Below are positions 24,059 to 35,978 of a stretch of DNA of 64,000 nucleotides, piece by piece. The translations under genes were made by a program, and so were the position numbers. The stretch lies in assembly GCA_965153355.1 (NCBI GenBank), contig OZ231126.1, positions 16,616,001 to 16,680,000 of the forward strand. Direction: 5' to 3'. Within the stretch, counting starts at the first letter, position 1. Every line of letters begins with the position of its first letter. Origin of the DNA: Flaccisagitta enflata. Taxonomy: Eukaryota. The notes beneath the pieces were generated by a model. That model was not told where the DNA came from and made no database searches. It saw only the letters and a program-made list of their open reading frames with translations.

Positions 24059-24820
24059 AAGTTGTTCGAATCTTCGCGATCGAGCGTCGGGTTTATTCGT
24101 TCCTCGATTGGTTCCTCGGCTTGGTTGTGTAACGAACACGCAGCCGGCTCAGCCTCTCCGAGGCTCAACGTCGGCCTCACGACGTATTTATATTGCTTCC
24201 TCTCCGACAATCGTCGTTCTTTCTTTGAGCCGAGATCTACTACCATCGTCACATAAGTCTTTCCACCTGAAAACTGTCATCATTGAATTAAGCCACAACA
24301 ACCTAATGTGTCCCTTTTTAAAAGAGTTGTTGTAACTCCTTCAAATAGGGCCAAACTGGGATCAGTAGCTTTATTCGTTTAGGAGCAACATTCTCCCGAA
24401 GATGCTTGTTTTCAGGCGGAAAGATTTTAATTGTGAAGAGACTGAAGATGATAGTGGTAGCCTCAAACTCTTTAAGGCTTCATTAAATTATTTGATATAT
24501 GCAATTTGCAGCTACACGTTTGATTGGTCAATTCCGTCACTTCCGTGCGCACTTGAGCCTAGTCAATGATCGATAAGACTTACCCATTGCCCGTGCATTT
24601 GTTGGTATCATCCCGTGGCATTTTTTTCAATACCGGCATCCTCGATCCCCAAAACGAATTTGTTTTGTAACTCCGCTCTCATCGTGATTGTTATTAATGA
24701 TAATTGGATATCTGTATCTGTCGCTCTATTTTATAAATATTTTGTTATAGGTGGGGGTTACATATATAAAGAATCAAACTAAGTCATCGGCACGAGGTAT
24801 TTGTTCCCTTCATTTTAAAA

Positions 24821-27800
24821 ATGCCTTCTTTGACGGGACCCTCGAAGAAGGAGAACGAACTGAAGGCGCATTTGGATGGAAATAAACTCGATTTGTCGCT
24901 TATGCAACACGATGCCATCACTCCCGCGCTCGTTCGGCAGATCGCCGCTCTTCCGAAAGGTGAATACGATTAGGAAGGTGGAAACTGCGTCGATTCACGC
25001 TCTCTGAATCTTTTCTTCAGGCCTGGCCCAGCCCTACCTGCTTTTCGCCTTCCATGGGAATTACACAATTTTTTCATTTTCTTGTCAATTTTCCATCCTA
25101 TTCAATGGGTATCCTTTATTTTTTCATTATTTGCATTTGTATTTGTCAATTTCCCATTATATTCAATGGGAATTCCACATTTTTTTTTCACTTTCTCGTC
25201 AATTTTCCATATTTATCCAATGGGGATTACAATTTTTTTCCATTTTTTTGTCAATTTTCCATGCTGTTCAATGGAAATTGTTGAAATCCTCGTTTTTTGT
25301 CGATTTTCCATGAAATTGAGCTTGATTACGATGAAAACGAGGAGAATGAAAGGAAGGGAAGGGAAGAAGAAAAACAGGACTCGGGAGGCTCCGACCATGA
25401 AAAGGAGGAGGAAACCGGGGAAGAGGAGGAAACTGGGGAAGAGGAGGAGGAGGAGGAACCGGCGGAACCGGCGACCGACGGGAAAAAGAAAAAGAAGAAC
25501 AGGAGGCGAAACCAGGAGAGACAAAGGAAGAAAGAAAAAGAGGGGAAACAGAAAGAGAAAAGGGTCGATGAGATGGAAATGGGGGCCGAAGACCCAACGA
25601 GACCGGCTAATCGGTCTCCTGGAAGGCATGAGTCCCTCCAGTTTCTGGCGAGACACCGAGCGGAGGTCCAGAGGAGAAAGGGATGGACGGAGGAAGAAAT
25701 TGAGGAGGATCGAAAGAAAAGGGAAGAGGAGGAAAGGATAGAGGACGATAGGAGAGAGAAAGAGGCGAAAAAGGAGAGAAGAAAAGATAGAAAGAAAAAG
25801 GAGGAAGAAGAAAAAATGGCAGAACAAGAAAGAAGAGAAAGAGAAGCATATGAGATGCTTGCAGAAAAGAAAAAGGAAATATGGGAAAAGAGAACCCAGA
25901 GCAGACAGGAAGTGGCGAATCTTGAACGCGAATTGGAACAATGCAAAAAAAATGCGTGGGAGACTAGGCACCGCGGCAATGAGATGAGACGGCCTTGGTC
26001 CTCCTCCCCAAAACCGTCGTCATGGGAACAACGCGAGAGAGGTAACAACAACAACAACAACCACGACAGTGTCCATCGTGGCGGCACCCATCATGGCGGC
26101 AAAACCAACCATGGCGGCAACACCTACAGTGGCGGCAACACCTACAGTGGCGGCAACACCTACAGTGGCGGCAACACCTTTCGTGGCGGCAACACCTTTC
26201 GTGGCGGCAACACCTTTCGTGGCGGCAACACCTTTCGTGGTGGCAACACCTACCGCGGTGGCAACACCTACCGCGGCGGCGGCGGTCCTCTCCGTGGCGG
26301 CACCGCGCCGCATCACCGTTCATCACTCTCGATCGAAGAAACTCAGAGCCAGAGACACCGGTCCCGTTCGCCAACTAGAGACTTTCATGGGCCACTCAAT
26401 CAACAACAAAACTCCGGAAGAGGCCGCTCCTCACGCCAGGAACGACACCAAAACGAGCGGCAACAACCTTTCCAACAACGCGATGATCGGCATCAGCAGC
26501 AGCAGCAACAGCAACAGCAAGAAGCGACGGGGACATCGATGGCGCAAGAAATGCGCCAATTCATGGCGGAAATACGGGACGCCTTGGGAACTAGGCGTCA
26601 AGAAGGACAAACAAGGAAGGAGTGAATTTAATTTCGGAGGATGTAACTGTGAATGGGACTGTCCTTTCGTTTGGGGCGGAAATACGAACTGATGTGATGG
26701 TTTAGTTCTTGGGAAGTAGATGTAGCAATTGTTTGTCTCCAAGTCAACAGGCGATTCGCCTTACTTTATTGGAGTACTTGAATTTGAATTTGAATTTATT
26801 CAATGGTGCAATGGTGCTCTCACATCCAATTGGGAAAAACTTCCCCCTGTGTTCTACAGGGCATCTACCCCTTCGGGGCCGCTGCCCTATTAACCATCAC
26901 CCACATAGACGAGCATACAAAGCAGGGCAACGGGTATCGCTGACCTCATATTGCTCTAGGGCGACTGGTTACTTTTCGGCGTTTTTGAGCTTTTTGGGCA
27001 GCGGCCCCAAAGGGCCGATGTCCTGTAGGACACAGGGCACACTGTCTCGAGCGGTTCTTATATAGCGAAAAAAAGGCAGTATTTTTCTCATTGAATACAA
27101 CCATTGAACAGTGTCAATACAAGTGTTCTTGAAAATTGACAAAATGCAAACTTCCCATTGAATGATATGAAAAATTAACGGAAAAGCGAAAAATGTATGT
27201 TTCTTATTGAATAACATGGAAAATTGATGAAAACTGAAAATAATGTTGAATTCCTATTGAATAATATGGCAAATTGACAAGAAATGAAAAACAAGGCCAA
27301 GAGATGTCCAATAGATGCGTCCTCTTTAGAAGTACGATATTATCATATAAATTACCAAGATATTACGATATAAAGATTCAGAGATAAAGAGAGAAAATAT
27401 TAACTGATTCCTCTCTCCCCTCCCCACCCCCCCCCCCCACAGAAATAAGAGATATAAGAGACATATTGGAGAAATAAGAGACATATAGGAGACAAAAGAG
27501 ACAAAAGAGATGAAAGATACAAAAGAAATATAAGAGACATGAAGAGAAATATAGAGAAAACCTTAAAAATCGCGTTTTAAAATTTTCGCGTTCCGGACAT
27601 TCAGACAGACAGACAGACATTCAGACAGACCAAGGGACACACCCTCTTATAGAGATGCGAGGACGCATTTAAAAAACAAAGTTGCCATTGAATATTATGG
27701 ATAACTGCTCAGGACGTATGGAAATTTACCCCGTGTCCTACAGGACATCGGCCCTTTGGGGCCGCTACTCTGCTCTTACTCCACTTCTTTTGCTAATCTC

Positions 27801-30800
27801 TCCAAGCAGGGCATCGGGATGACTTGTTGAACCTACTGCTCCCGCCAAAATGCTCAAGTGACCTTCTCCAGCACTGCTCCTGCCCACCCGCACGCGACTT
27901 GGGTAGCCGTTTATCTGGCCTTTCCCTTCCATCCTATCAACCTATCTATCTTTCTTCCTCTTCCTACCTCCTTCCTCTTCCTTCCTCCCTTCCTCCCTTT
28001 CACTCCCTCCACCCTTACCTTACCAGAAACTTGCTTTCTTCCCCCCCCCCCTTTTGTTTCACTCGCCTCCTCTTTTCAGTTTTCACCCTCTTCCATCTTT
28101 CGTTTAACTCTTTACTTCACTTTATTTCCTTTTTAAGTGCGTCCTCGCACTTCTAAAAGAGGTCATGTCCGTCGGTCGGTCGGTTGGTTGGTTGGTTGGT
28201 TGGTCGGTCGGTCGGTCAGACAAACGTTTGAAATGCGCAAAATGGCTGATTCTGACGTATTTCTTCATTCCTATCACCTTTCATGCCTTACCACATTCAT
28301 ATTCATTCATTCATTCGTTCATATATTCATTCATTCATCAAAAACGTTCATTCACAAAATCTTACACTCAATAAAGGCCTTCAAAAGGCCTTAAAACTGT
28401 CTGAAATTCTTAAGAACTATCATCTAGGATGTCTTGGCTACCTAAAACAACATCAGACTAAATCATTTGAATGCAAAATTTAGATAAAAGTAGGTAAACG
28501 CCCTAATTCTTTGAGGCGCAAAAATGTCGCTAGAGAGTAGAAAAACGGAATGGAACCATTTTGGATCTTCCCTTGCAAAGCTCCGAAAACGGTTAAAAAT
28601 GTTTATATGAACCAAGGAAAGTATGATTCTGAATGCTGACGACACGAGCTATCGATTGGTGTAAGTTTTGAAAGCCAACTATGAGAACAAGATATTGTTT
28701 TTCCTCTTTTCTTGCTTTCCTGACTTGTTACGGCGATATGCGAATATGAACTTTGATGCATATGGGCTCAATAGATGCAGTTTTGTTTTTTCTTTCAAAT
28801 GAGACCTTTCCGAAACTTGAGATCAGCCCCACGCGGCCTCACGAATGATATTAAGAAGACTCTATCTGCTCGATTTTCCGTAGTTTTCTTTCGCGATGTT
28901 TGGTTAACCGCATAAGCTACTTCACTTCACATGAATGAAATAATCAACTGTGCGGTTCCGTCTGTAGACTCGCGATTCCGTCAGTAGACTCGCGATTCCG
29001 TCTGTAGACTCGCGATTCCATCTGTAGACTCGCAATTCCGTCTGTAGACTCGCGATTCCATCTGTAGACTCGCGATTCCGTCTGTAGACTCGCAATTCCG
29101 TCTGTAGACTCGCAATTCCGTCTGTAGACTCGCGATTCCGTCTGTAGACTCGGGATTCCGTCTGTAGACTCGCGATTCCGTCTGTAGACTCGCGATTCCA
29201 TCTGTAGACTCGCGATTCCGTCTGTAGACTCGCGATTCCATCTGTAGACTCGCGATTCCGTCTGTAGACTCGCGATTCCATCTGTAGACTTGCCATTCTG
29301 TCTGTAGACCTGCCATTCTGTCTGTAGACTCGCGAGTCCATCTGTAGACTCGCGATTCCGTCTGTAGACTCGCAATTCCGTCTGTAGACTTGCGATTCTG
29401 TCTGTAGACTCGCAATTCCGTCTGTAGACTCGCGATTCCGTCTGTAGATTCGTCATTCCGTCTGAAGGCTCACCATTCCGTCTGTAGACTCGCGATTCCG
29501 TCTGTAGACTCACGATTCCATCTGTACACTCGCGATTCTGTCTGTAGACTCGCGATTCCATCTGTAGACTCGCGATTCCGTCTGTAGACTTGCGATTCCA
29601 TCTGTAGACTCGCGATTACGTATGTAGACTCGCGATTACGTCTGTAGACTCTTGATTACATCTGTAGACTCTTGATTCCGTCTGTAGACTCGCGATTCCG
29701 TCTGTAGACTCGCGATTCCATCTGTAGACTCGCCATTCCGTCTGTAGACTCGCCATTCCGTCTGTAGACTTGCCATTCCGTCTGTAGACTCGCCATTCTG
29801 TCTGTAGACTCGCGAGTCCATCTGTAGACTCGCGAGTCCATCTGTAGACTCGCGATTCCGTCTGTAGATTCGTCATTCCGTCTGAAGGCTCGCCATTCCG
29901 TCTGTAGACTCGCCATTCTGTCTGTAGATTCGTCATTCCATCTGTAGACTCGCCATTACGTCTGTAGATTTGTCTCTCCGTCTGTAGACTCGCCACTCCG
30001 TCTGTAGACTCGCAATTCCGTCTGTAGACTCGCAATTCCGTCTGTAGACTCGCGATTCTGTCTGTAGACTCGCGATTCTGTCTGTAGACTCGCGTTCCGT
30101 CTGTAGACTCGTGTTCCGTCTGTAGACTTGCGATTCCGTCTGTAGACTCGCGATTCGGTGCATAGATTCGGGATTCCGTGCATAGAATCGCGATTCCATC
30201 TGTAGACTCGCGATTCCGTCTGTAGACTCGCGATTCTGTCTGTAGACTCGCGGTTTTTTGTTGTTTTCATAAGTACATACAACATGCGTGGTAGGTTCTT
30301 GGCACTTTTTAAGCATTTTTGACCATTTTTATAAGTATTTCAAGGGACCAACTGCGTAAAACAAAGGTGCCAAAAATCTTGCTAATTTCTCCCCTTAAAA
30401 ATTCATGAAATCAACATGGTCAATTTTGTTTTTTTGGGCCAAAAATGTCTGAAACCTTCAAAAACCCCACCCCAGAGACACTTTCGGGTGAAAAAGAGCC
30501 ATGAATGGTAACTGACATGAATTTGGAAGAATTAGGCCTTATACCTAATAAAAGTCATTTTTTTGGCAAAAATCAAGTATTTTTTAGCATATTTGGCATT
30601 TTTTCTGTTCACATAGCTTCCAAAACTTTAGAAAATACCTGAAACGTGTAGGGATACCTAATATACAACTGCTTTTACCATTTTAAGCTAGTTTTGGTTA
30701 ATATTTTAAAGATAAGAGCAAAAAAATAGCAAAAAAACAGCAAATTAAGCTGTTTTTTAATATTTTTTCTGCCTTAAAATTGTTCTAGCTATTTTAAAAA

Positions 30801-33800
30801 GCCTGTAAACTATAAAAAGTGTGTGGAAACAGTTGGATTACATGTAGTTTCAACTTTTTTAGCAATTTTAATGAAATATCTATCACTTAAAAGTTTAAAA
30901 AATGACTTGGAATCCGTAAATTCAGGCTTTTTTGTATTTTCAAGCTTCATCATGATCAAATTGTTTCTTAAGATGATTGGTTTTATATCAACGGACCGAT
31001 GGACGGAAGGACGGATGAACGGACGGATGGACAAAGCTTCTTATAGAGATGCGTGGACGCATCTAGAAATGCTATGGGATGGAGTGACCAACCTGCCGAC
31101 CAACACAGCAAGGTATAAGGTTGCGTGTCCGTGATTAAGACTACAAAATATTGAAATATATGTAAAAACATTTGTAATAGTTAGATATCTATGAAAATAT
31201 ATATAATATATATCTTTAAATAAACAAAATAATTAAGAAACAATTTGATCATGATGAAGCTTGAAAATACCAAAATAAATCTTGAAAGAGTATGGGTCCG
31301 CAACTGGGGTCAATCGGCATTGTCAAATGGCGTTGTCAAACGGCGTTGTCAAACGGCGTTGTCAAACGGCGTTGTCAAATGGCGTTGTCAAATGGCGTTG
31401 TCAAACGACATTGTCAAACGGCGTTGTCAAACGGCGTTGTCAAACGGCGTTGTCAAATGGCGTTGTCAAATGGCGTTGGCAAACGGCGTTGTCATGCGTC
31501 TTTGTCATGCGGCGTTGTCATACGGCGTTGTCATACGGCGTTGTCATACGGCGTTGTCATACGGCGTTGTCATACGGCGTTGTCATACGGCGTTGTCATA
31601 CGGCGTTGTCATACGGCGTTGTCATACGGCGTTGTCATACGGTGTTGTAAAACAGCGTTGTAATACGGCGTTGTAAAACGGCGTAATACGGCGTTGTCAA
31701 ACGGCGTTGTCAAACAACGTTGTCAAACGACATTGTCAAACGACATTGTCAAACGACATTGTCAAACAACATTGTCAACAAACATTGTCAAACGACATTG
31801 TCAAATGACATTGTCAAACGACATTGTCAAACGACATTGTCAAATGGCATTGTCAAACGGCTTTGTCAAACGGCATTGGCAACAGCATTGTCAAACAGCA
31901 CTTATTGGCCTTCACTAGGCCTTGTTTCTTTCCTCAAGCCTCTTCCCTTTCCTTTCCGCTTTCCATTAAAGTGAAGCCTTCAAACAATTCATCCAAAGTT
32001 TTCCTCCTCCAGCCACCGAAGTTGACCTTTCGTGCAACCGTCTCCAAACCTTGGCACCTCACTTCTGTTCCCTGACTCAAATTACTCATCTCGACTTGTC
32101 CAAAAATGCCATATCGGAATTACCGGAAGAAATTGGACTGATGACGGGTACATTATCTTGCCTTGGTTTTTTATTTTACTCGTTTCATAGTTGCAGTGAA
32201 TTGGTAAAAATAGTTGGTCGCAATTGCCATTGAATACGGTGTCTAGAATAGTTCAAGTTTAATCTAAAAAGCAACAACGGGTTTCATTTTCAACTCTTGA
32301 TATTTTCAACTCATTTCAGGATTACGCCACCTGGATTTAAGCGGGAACAAGATCTTGTCATTGCCGCTTTCGTTTGGAGAACTCGAAAATCTTCGTTGGT
32401 TGGATTTGAAAGACAACCCCTTGGAACCGCATTTGGGAGCGGTTGCTGGCGATTGTCTCGACAAGAAACAGTGCACAAACGCCGCTAAACAGGTAAAAAA
32501 AGTGGGGCTTGCGATATGAATTAATGTGCAATGGCAAATTTAAGATCCTCAAAAAATCAAAATCATCCCTTGTAGGTGTGCGTTTACATGAGGACTCTTG
32601 CAGAAGCCCACGAAAAGGCGATAGAGAAAAAGAAAAAGAAGAAAGAAAACTTGGACGAAAAGAAGCAGAGGAAAAAGGTACATAACTTGTATATCACGTA
32701 ATCAATCATGAGTATTCACTCTTGATGTGGGACCACCTCTAGTAACCGCCATCTGATAATTGATCTTGTCCGCTTGTATGAACTTCTTGTCAACCCCCCC
32801 TCTCCTCACCTTCCTTTCATGGGCTTCCTTAATCAGGAGGAAAAAGAAAAAGCAGTCAAGGAAGAACAAAAAGCTGCAAAGAAGATGGAAAAGGAAAGGA
32901 AACGGAAGGAATACGAGGAGAGGAGATTAAGAGAGCAGAAGGAAGTCGAAAATGTCGGTCCAATGGGTGACAAGAGGGACACAGGTAAGTCGATCTTTTC
33001 TCATCCATGTTTCTATTTCTGTCCAGTTTTCTGTGCCTCGCCTTTTCTCTCTGCCTGCAACTGCATTCTCTATCTGATTCTCCTTACCTTGCTCTCTGTT
33101 GAGCGGCGGCTCTTCTCTCCATTTGCCTCCCTTTCTGTTAATCTCCCTGCCTGTCAATCAAAAAGAGTACTTCCTTTTTGGGCAGCGGCCCCGGAGGGGT
33201 CGATGACCTATGGTTCCACACAGGGCAATTTTTCCGATCTAATGTCAGTGTCCCCCCCCCAAAGCCCCTAATCAGGCCTCTCAGACCTCAAAGCAGGCCT
33301 CTCAGACCTCAAATCAGGCCCCTCAGACCCCAAATCAGGCCTCTCAGACCCCAAATCAGGCTTTTCAGACCCCAACTCAGGTCTCTCAGACCTCAAAGCA
33401 GGCCTCTAAGACCTGAAATCCGGCCTATTAGACCCCAAATCAGGCCTCTCAGACCCCAAATCAGGCTTTTCAGACCCCAAATCAGGCTTTTCAAACCCCA
33501 ACTCAGGTCTCTCAGACCTCAAAGCAGGCCTCTAAGACCTCAAATCCGGCCTATTAGACCCCAAATCAGGCCTCTCAGACCTCAAATCAGGCTTCTCAGA
33601 CCCCCAATCAGGCCTCTCGGATTCAAAATCAGGCCTCTCGGACTCAAAATCAGGCCTCCCAGACCCCAAATCAGGCCTCTCAAGCTACAAATCCAGCATC
33701 TGGGATCCCAAATCAGGCCTCTCAGACCCCAAATCAGGCCTCTTAGAGATCTTTTCAGGCTTCTTAAGCCTTAACTCAGGCCTCCCAGACCTATTATCAG

Positions 33801-35635
33801 GCCTCTCTCACCCCAGATCAGACCTTATGGACCCCAGATCAGACCTCTCAGACCCAAGATCATGCCTCCCAAAACAAAATTGCCCTGTGTGGAATCATAG
33901 GTCATCGACCCCTTCGGGGCCGCTGCCCCATTACCCCAACACTACAATACTAAATCATATCAATGGGGCATCGGGAACCGCTGACCATAATGACGCTTGA
34001 GCGGCCTGTTACGTTTAATAAAAGGAAAATTGCCTCCTACCCACCTTGATCTGGGGGCTCAGAAAAACCCGAGATGAATCTAGCATGTTTCAATAGCTTA
34101 ATTTACATGAAAAGCATACTTCTAGTTAACCCAGTGAGATGAAATTTTAACTGAAGCTCTGCAAAACCATCGGCTTTCTTCATGTAAAATTTCATCTCAC
34201 TGGGGCAACTAGAAGTATGCTTTTCATGTAATTTAAGCTATTGAGATTCATCTCGGGTTTTTCTCAGCCCCCAGATCAAGGTGCTACCTTTCTCACGTTC
34301 TGCTCCTTTCATTTTGTCCACCGTTTCAAGATTCAGAAGCTGAGGCCGAGCTTCGTCGACGTTCCGCCAAATCCAAAAAATCCACCACCACCTCATTCGG
34401 CGTCTCATTCCTGCTCTTCCTGCTCCGTGTTCTTAAACTGTTGTTCGTTCTCACGACTTTCTCGGTCGCTATGACTGCCGTCCTGATCGGTTGGTGTCAA
34501 GGATCGCGCCGCGTTCAGTCGCCGGTTTGCAGTTCCGCGCGCGACGCCGTGGCTCAATTTAGCGTCGTTATTCCCACTCTTCACGGATTTGACTTCGACG
34601 AGTTTTGCGACAAGGCCGGCAATCAAACGCGGGATGCTATAGAGTTGGGGAAAGTCCATTTGGCGGACCTCAACGAACGACTACGACCGTGGACGAAGAA
34701 GGTGCGACTCTGACACAGTGAAAGAACCGTGTAATTTAGTGAAAAATTTTTTTTTAAAAGATCGACAACAGGGGTGTATATAATTCCATAACCTTTAATT
34801 CCTCCCCCCCTTTGATTTGCTTCTCCGTTACAAAATCTATGATTTTCTTCTAAATATACAATAAGCAATAAAACAGTGTTTTTAATGTTTAAATAGTGCT
34901 TAATTGTGTTTTATTTATCAGTTTTTATGATTTGGTAATGGCAAAAGTTTTATTTTCCCCGAATTTTCTTTTTTTCATTTTCCCCCCTTAAATTTCCTTC
35001 CCCATCTCTAAACCCTTTATTTCCCACTCCCCACAGGGGGGGAATGTAGAACTATATACAGGTCTGATCGACAATGATCTAAAAAGACCCCTATTAAGTT
35101 GGAATCGTCATGTCAACCTCAATTCTATTTCTTTGCTCCAGTTGTTAATTTTCTACGAAGAACACGTTGCTCCGCTTGTCGCCACGATTTACAAGAAAAG
35201 TCATTGCGTTTTCTGCCATTTATTTGACTCGGCCTCTGAATTTTACCGGGAACGATTTCTACCTGCCGTCACGTTAGCCTGGGCGAGGATCAGCCAATGG
35301 TGTCAACGGACTTACAAAGATGCGATGGTCGTCTTCGAAGCGAAAGTGCTGCCTACCCTCATCATTATCAGGTAAGGACTAATTTCAAAATCAGCCCAAG
35401 ATATTGTCGAGTGACTTGTCATTGACAACGAAATTCCGTATATTCTGTTAATTAGGTTTATTCGCTTGATTATTTCACTCCCCCCCTTCCCCTCAGGGAC
35501 CGACTTATTGAGATTTATCTTCTCATCGTGGAACACGTCATGCAAATTTGCGATCTTTACGTTTTTCCTGGATGTGAGAAGATCTTCGCCTCCGCAGCGG
35601 ACGTCTTCCACAGCCTAAAAACCTCCGCCGGTTGA
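24821..35635 (+). CDS. LRRC59: Leucine-rich repeat-containing protein 59 (ER membrane); exons 24821-24959, 32013-32147, 32320-32492, 32576-32677, 32837-32984, 34331(or 34337)-34701, 35142-35371, 35497-35635
   Basis: LDGNKLDLSL...AALPKATEVDLSCNRLQTL...LRWLDLKDNPLEPHLGAVAGDCLDKKQC, a K/E coiled coil with ERKRKEYE, and a TM segment LLFLLRVLKLLFVLTTFSVAMTAVLIGWC; all splice phases are compatible. Confidence 0.9.
25050..27710. mobile_element. Foldback-like element: ~50-bp repeats (TTGTCAATTTTCCATxTATTCAATGGGA) in opposite orientation at left (25050-25311) and right (27085-27290, ~27680-27710)
   Basis: Left units read TTGTCAATTTTCCAT..ATTCAATGGGA; right units read TCCCATTGAAT..ATGGAAAATTGAC; several insertions lie between them. 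Confidence 0.5.
25311..26797 (+). mobile_element. 5'-truncated retroposed insert with an open ~440-codon low-complexity ORF (stop 26625) and a (TTGAAT)3 tail
   Basis: Charged coiled-coil, GGNT(Y/F)(R/S)-repeat and polyQ ORF; ~150-nt 3' UTR with hairpins; tandem tail at 26778-26797; interrupts a host repeat unit (TTTTCCAT|...|ATTCAATGG). Confidence 0.55.
28956..30252. repeat. 20-bp minisatellite (TCTGTAGACTCGCGATTCCG)n, ~65 units
   Basis: Clear 20-bp register with a near-invariant TCTGTAGACT half and a variable second half. Confidence 0.95.
31316..31898. repeat. 13-bp minisatellite (TGTCAAACGGCGT)n with blockwise variants
   Basis: Visible periodicity; blocks of AAACGGCG, ATACGGCG and AAACGACA variants. 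Confidence 0.92.
33176..34010 (+). mobile_element. Non-autonomous element with ~53-bp inverted repeats around a 21-bp satellite plus a 3' tail (GGGCAGCGGCCCC family)
   Basis: GGGCAGCGGCCCCGGAGGGGTCGATGACCTATGGTTCCACACAGGGCAATTTT ... AAAATTGCCCTGTGTGGAATCATAGGTCATCGACCCCTTCGGGGCCGCTGCCC; related copies at ~26830-27045, 27710-27830, 48655-49085, 51355-52022 and 60920-61382. Confidence 0.7.
34042..34283. mobile_element. Palindromic MITE with CAC termini and 5-bp TSD (Transib-like)
   Basis: CACCTTGATCTGGGGGCT...AGCCCCCAGATCAAGGTG; ~100-bp arms; CTACC on both sides. Confidence 0.75.
34769..35066. mobile_element. hAT-type MITE, CAGGGGTGTATA family
   Basis: TIR CAGGGGTGTATATA / TATATACAGGTCTG; 8-bp TSD ATCGACAA. 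Confidence 0.75.
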
Positions 35636-35978
35636 CACGCTCGGATCATGGAAATGATAGTCTTAATTCTTAAATTCTTTTTATCGACCTAATTATGTTG
35701 ATTAAATCGTTCTCGCGGTCTTGATTGTGACTCGGAGTGTAGGACATGAGCGGGTCAGCTATCATGGTCCTGCTTGTACTCCGGATGACGATATTTGATC
35801 TCAGTATTGGTAGGTAAAATTTTCTTTCTCTTCCATAAAAAGATTGCTGGAATATAAAGAGAATTTCGCTCTTGAAAGCTATTGGCATGGGTGAGAATTT
35901 ACATCGAATAAACAGATTGTTGTCGTCTTACGGTTCAATGAATCTAATCTATTTTCGCTATAAACCATTCGTCTTTTT

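Larger units (their letters stand above)
28133..31927 (+). mobile_element. DINE/HINE-like element (family C) expanded by satellites
   Basis: 5' hairpin AGTGCGTCCTCGCACT + (GGTY)n and 3' GCACTTATTGGCCTTCACTAGGCCTTGTT; the same termini occur in the short minus-strand copy at ~38578-38868. Confidence 0.6.

Noticed and set aside
25213-26374. Antisense ORFs over the 442-aa ORF
   Set aside because: Mirror frames of purine-rich low-complexity sequence.
28956-30252. CRISPR-like array (constant repeat + variable part)
   Set aside because: The variable halves are 10-nt variants of one sequence, not unique spacers; eukaryotic context with no cas genes.
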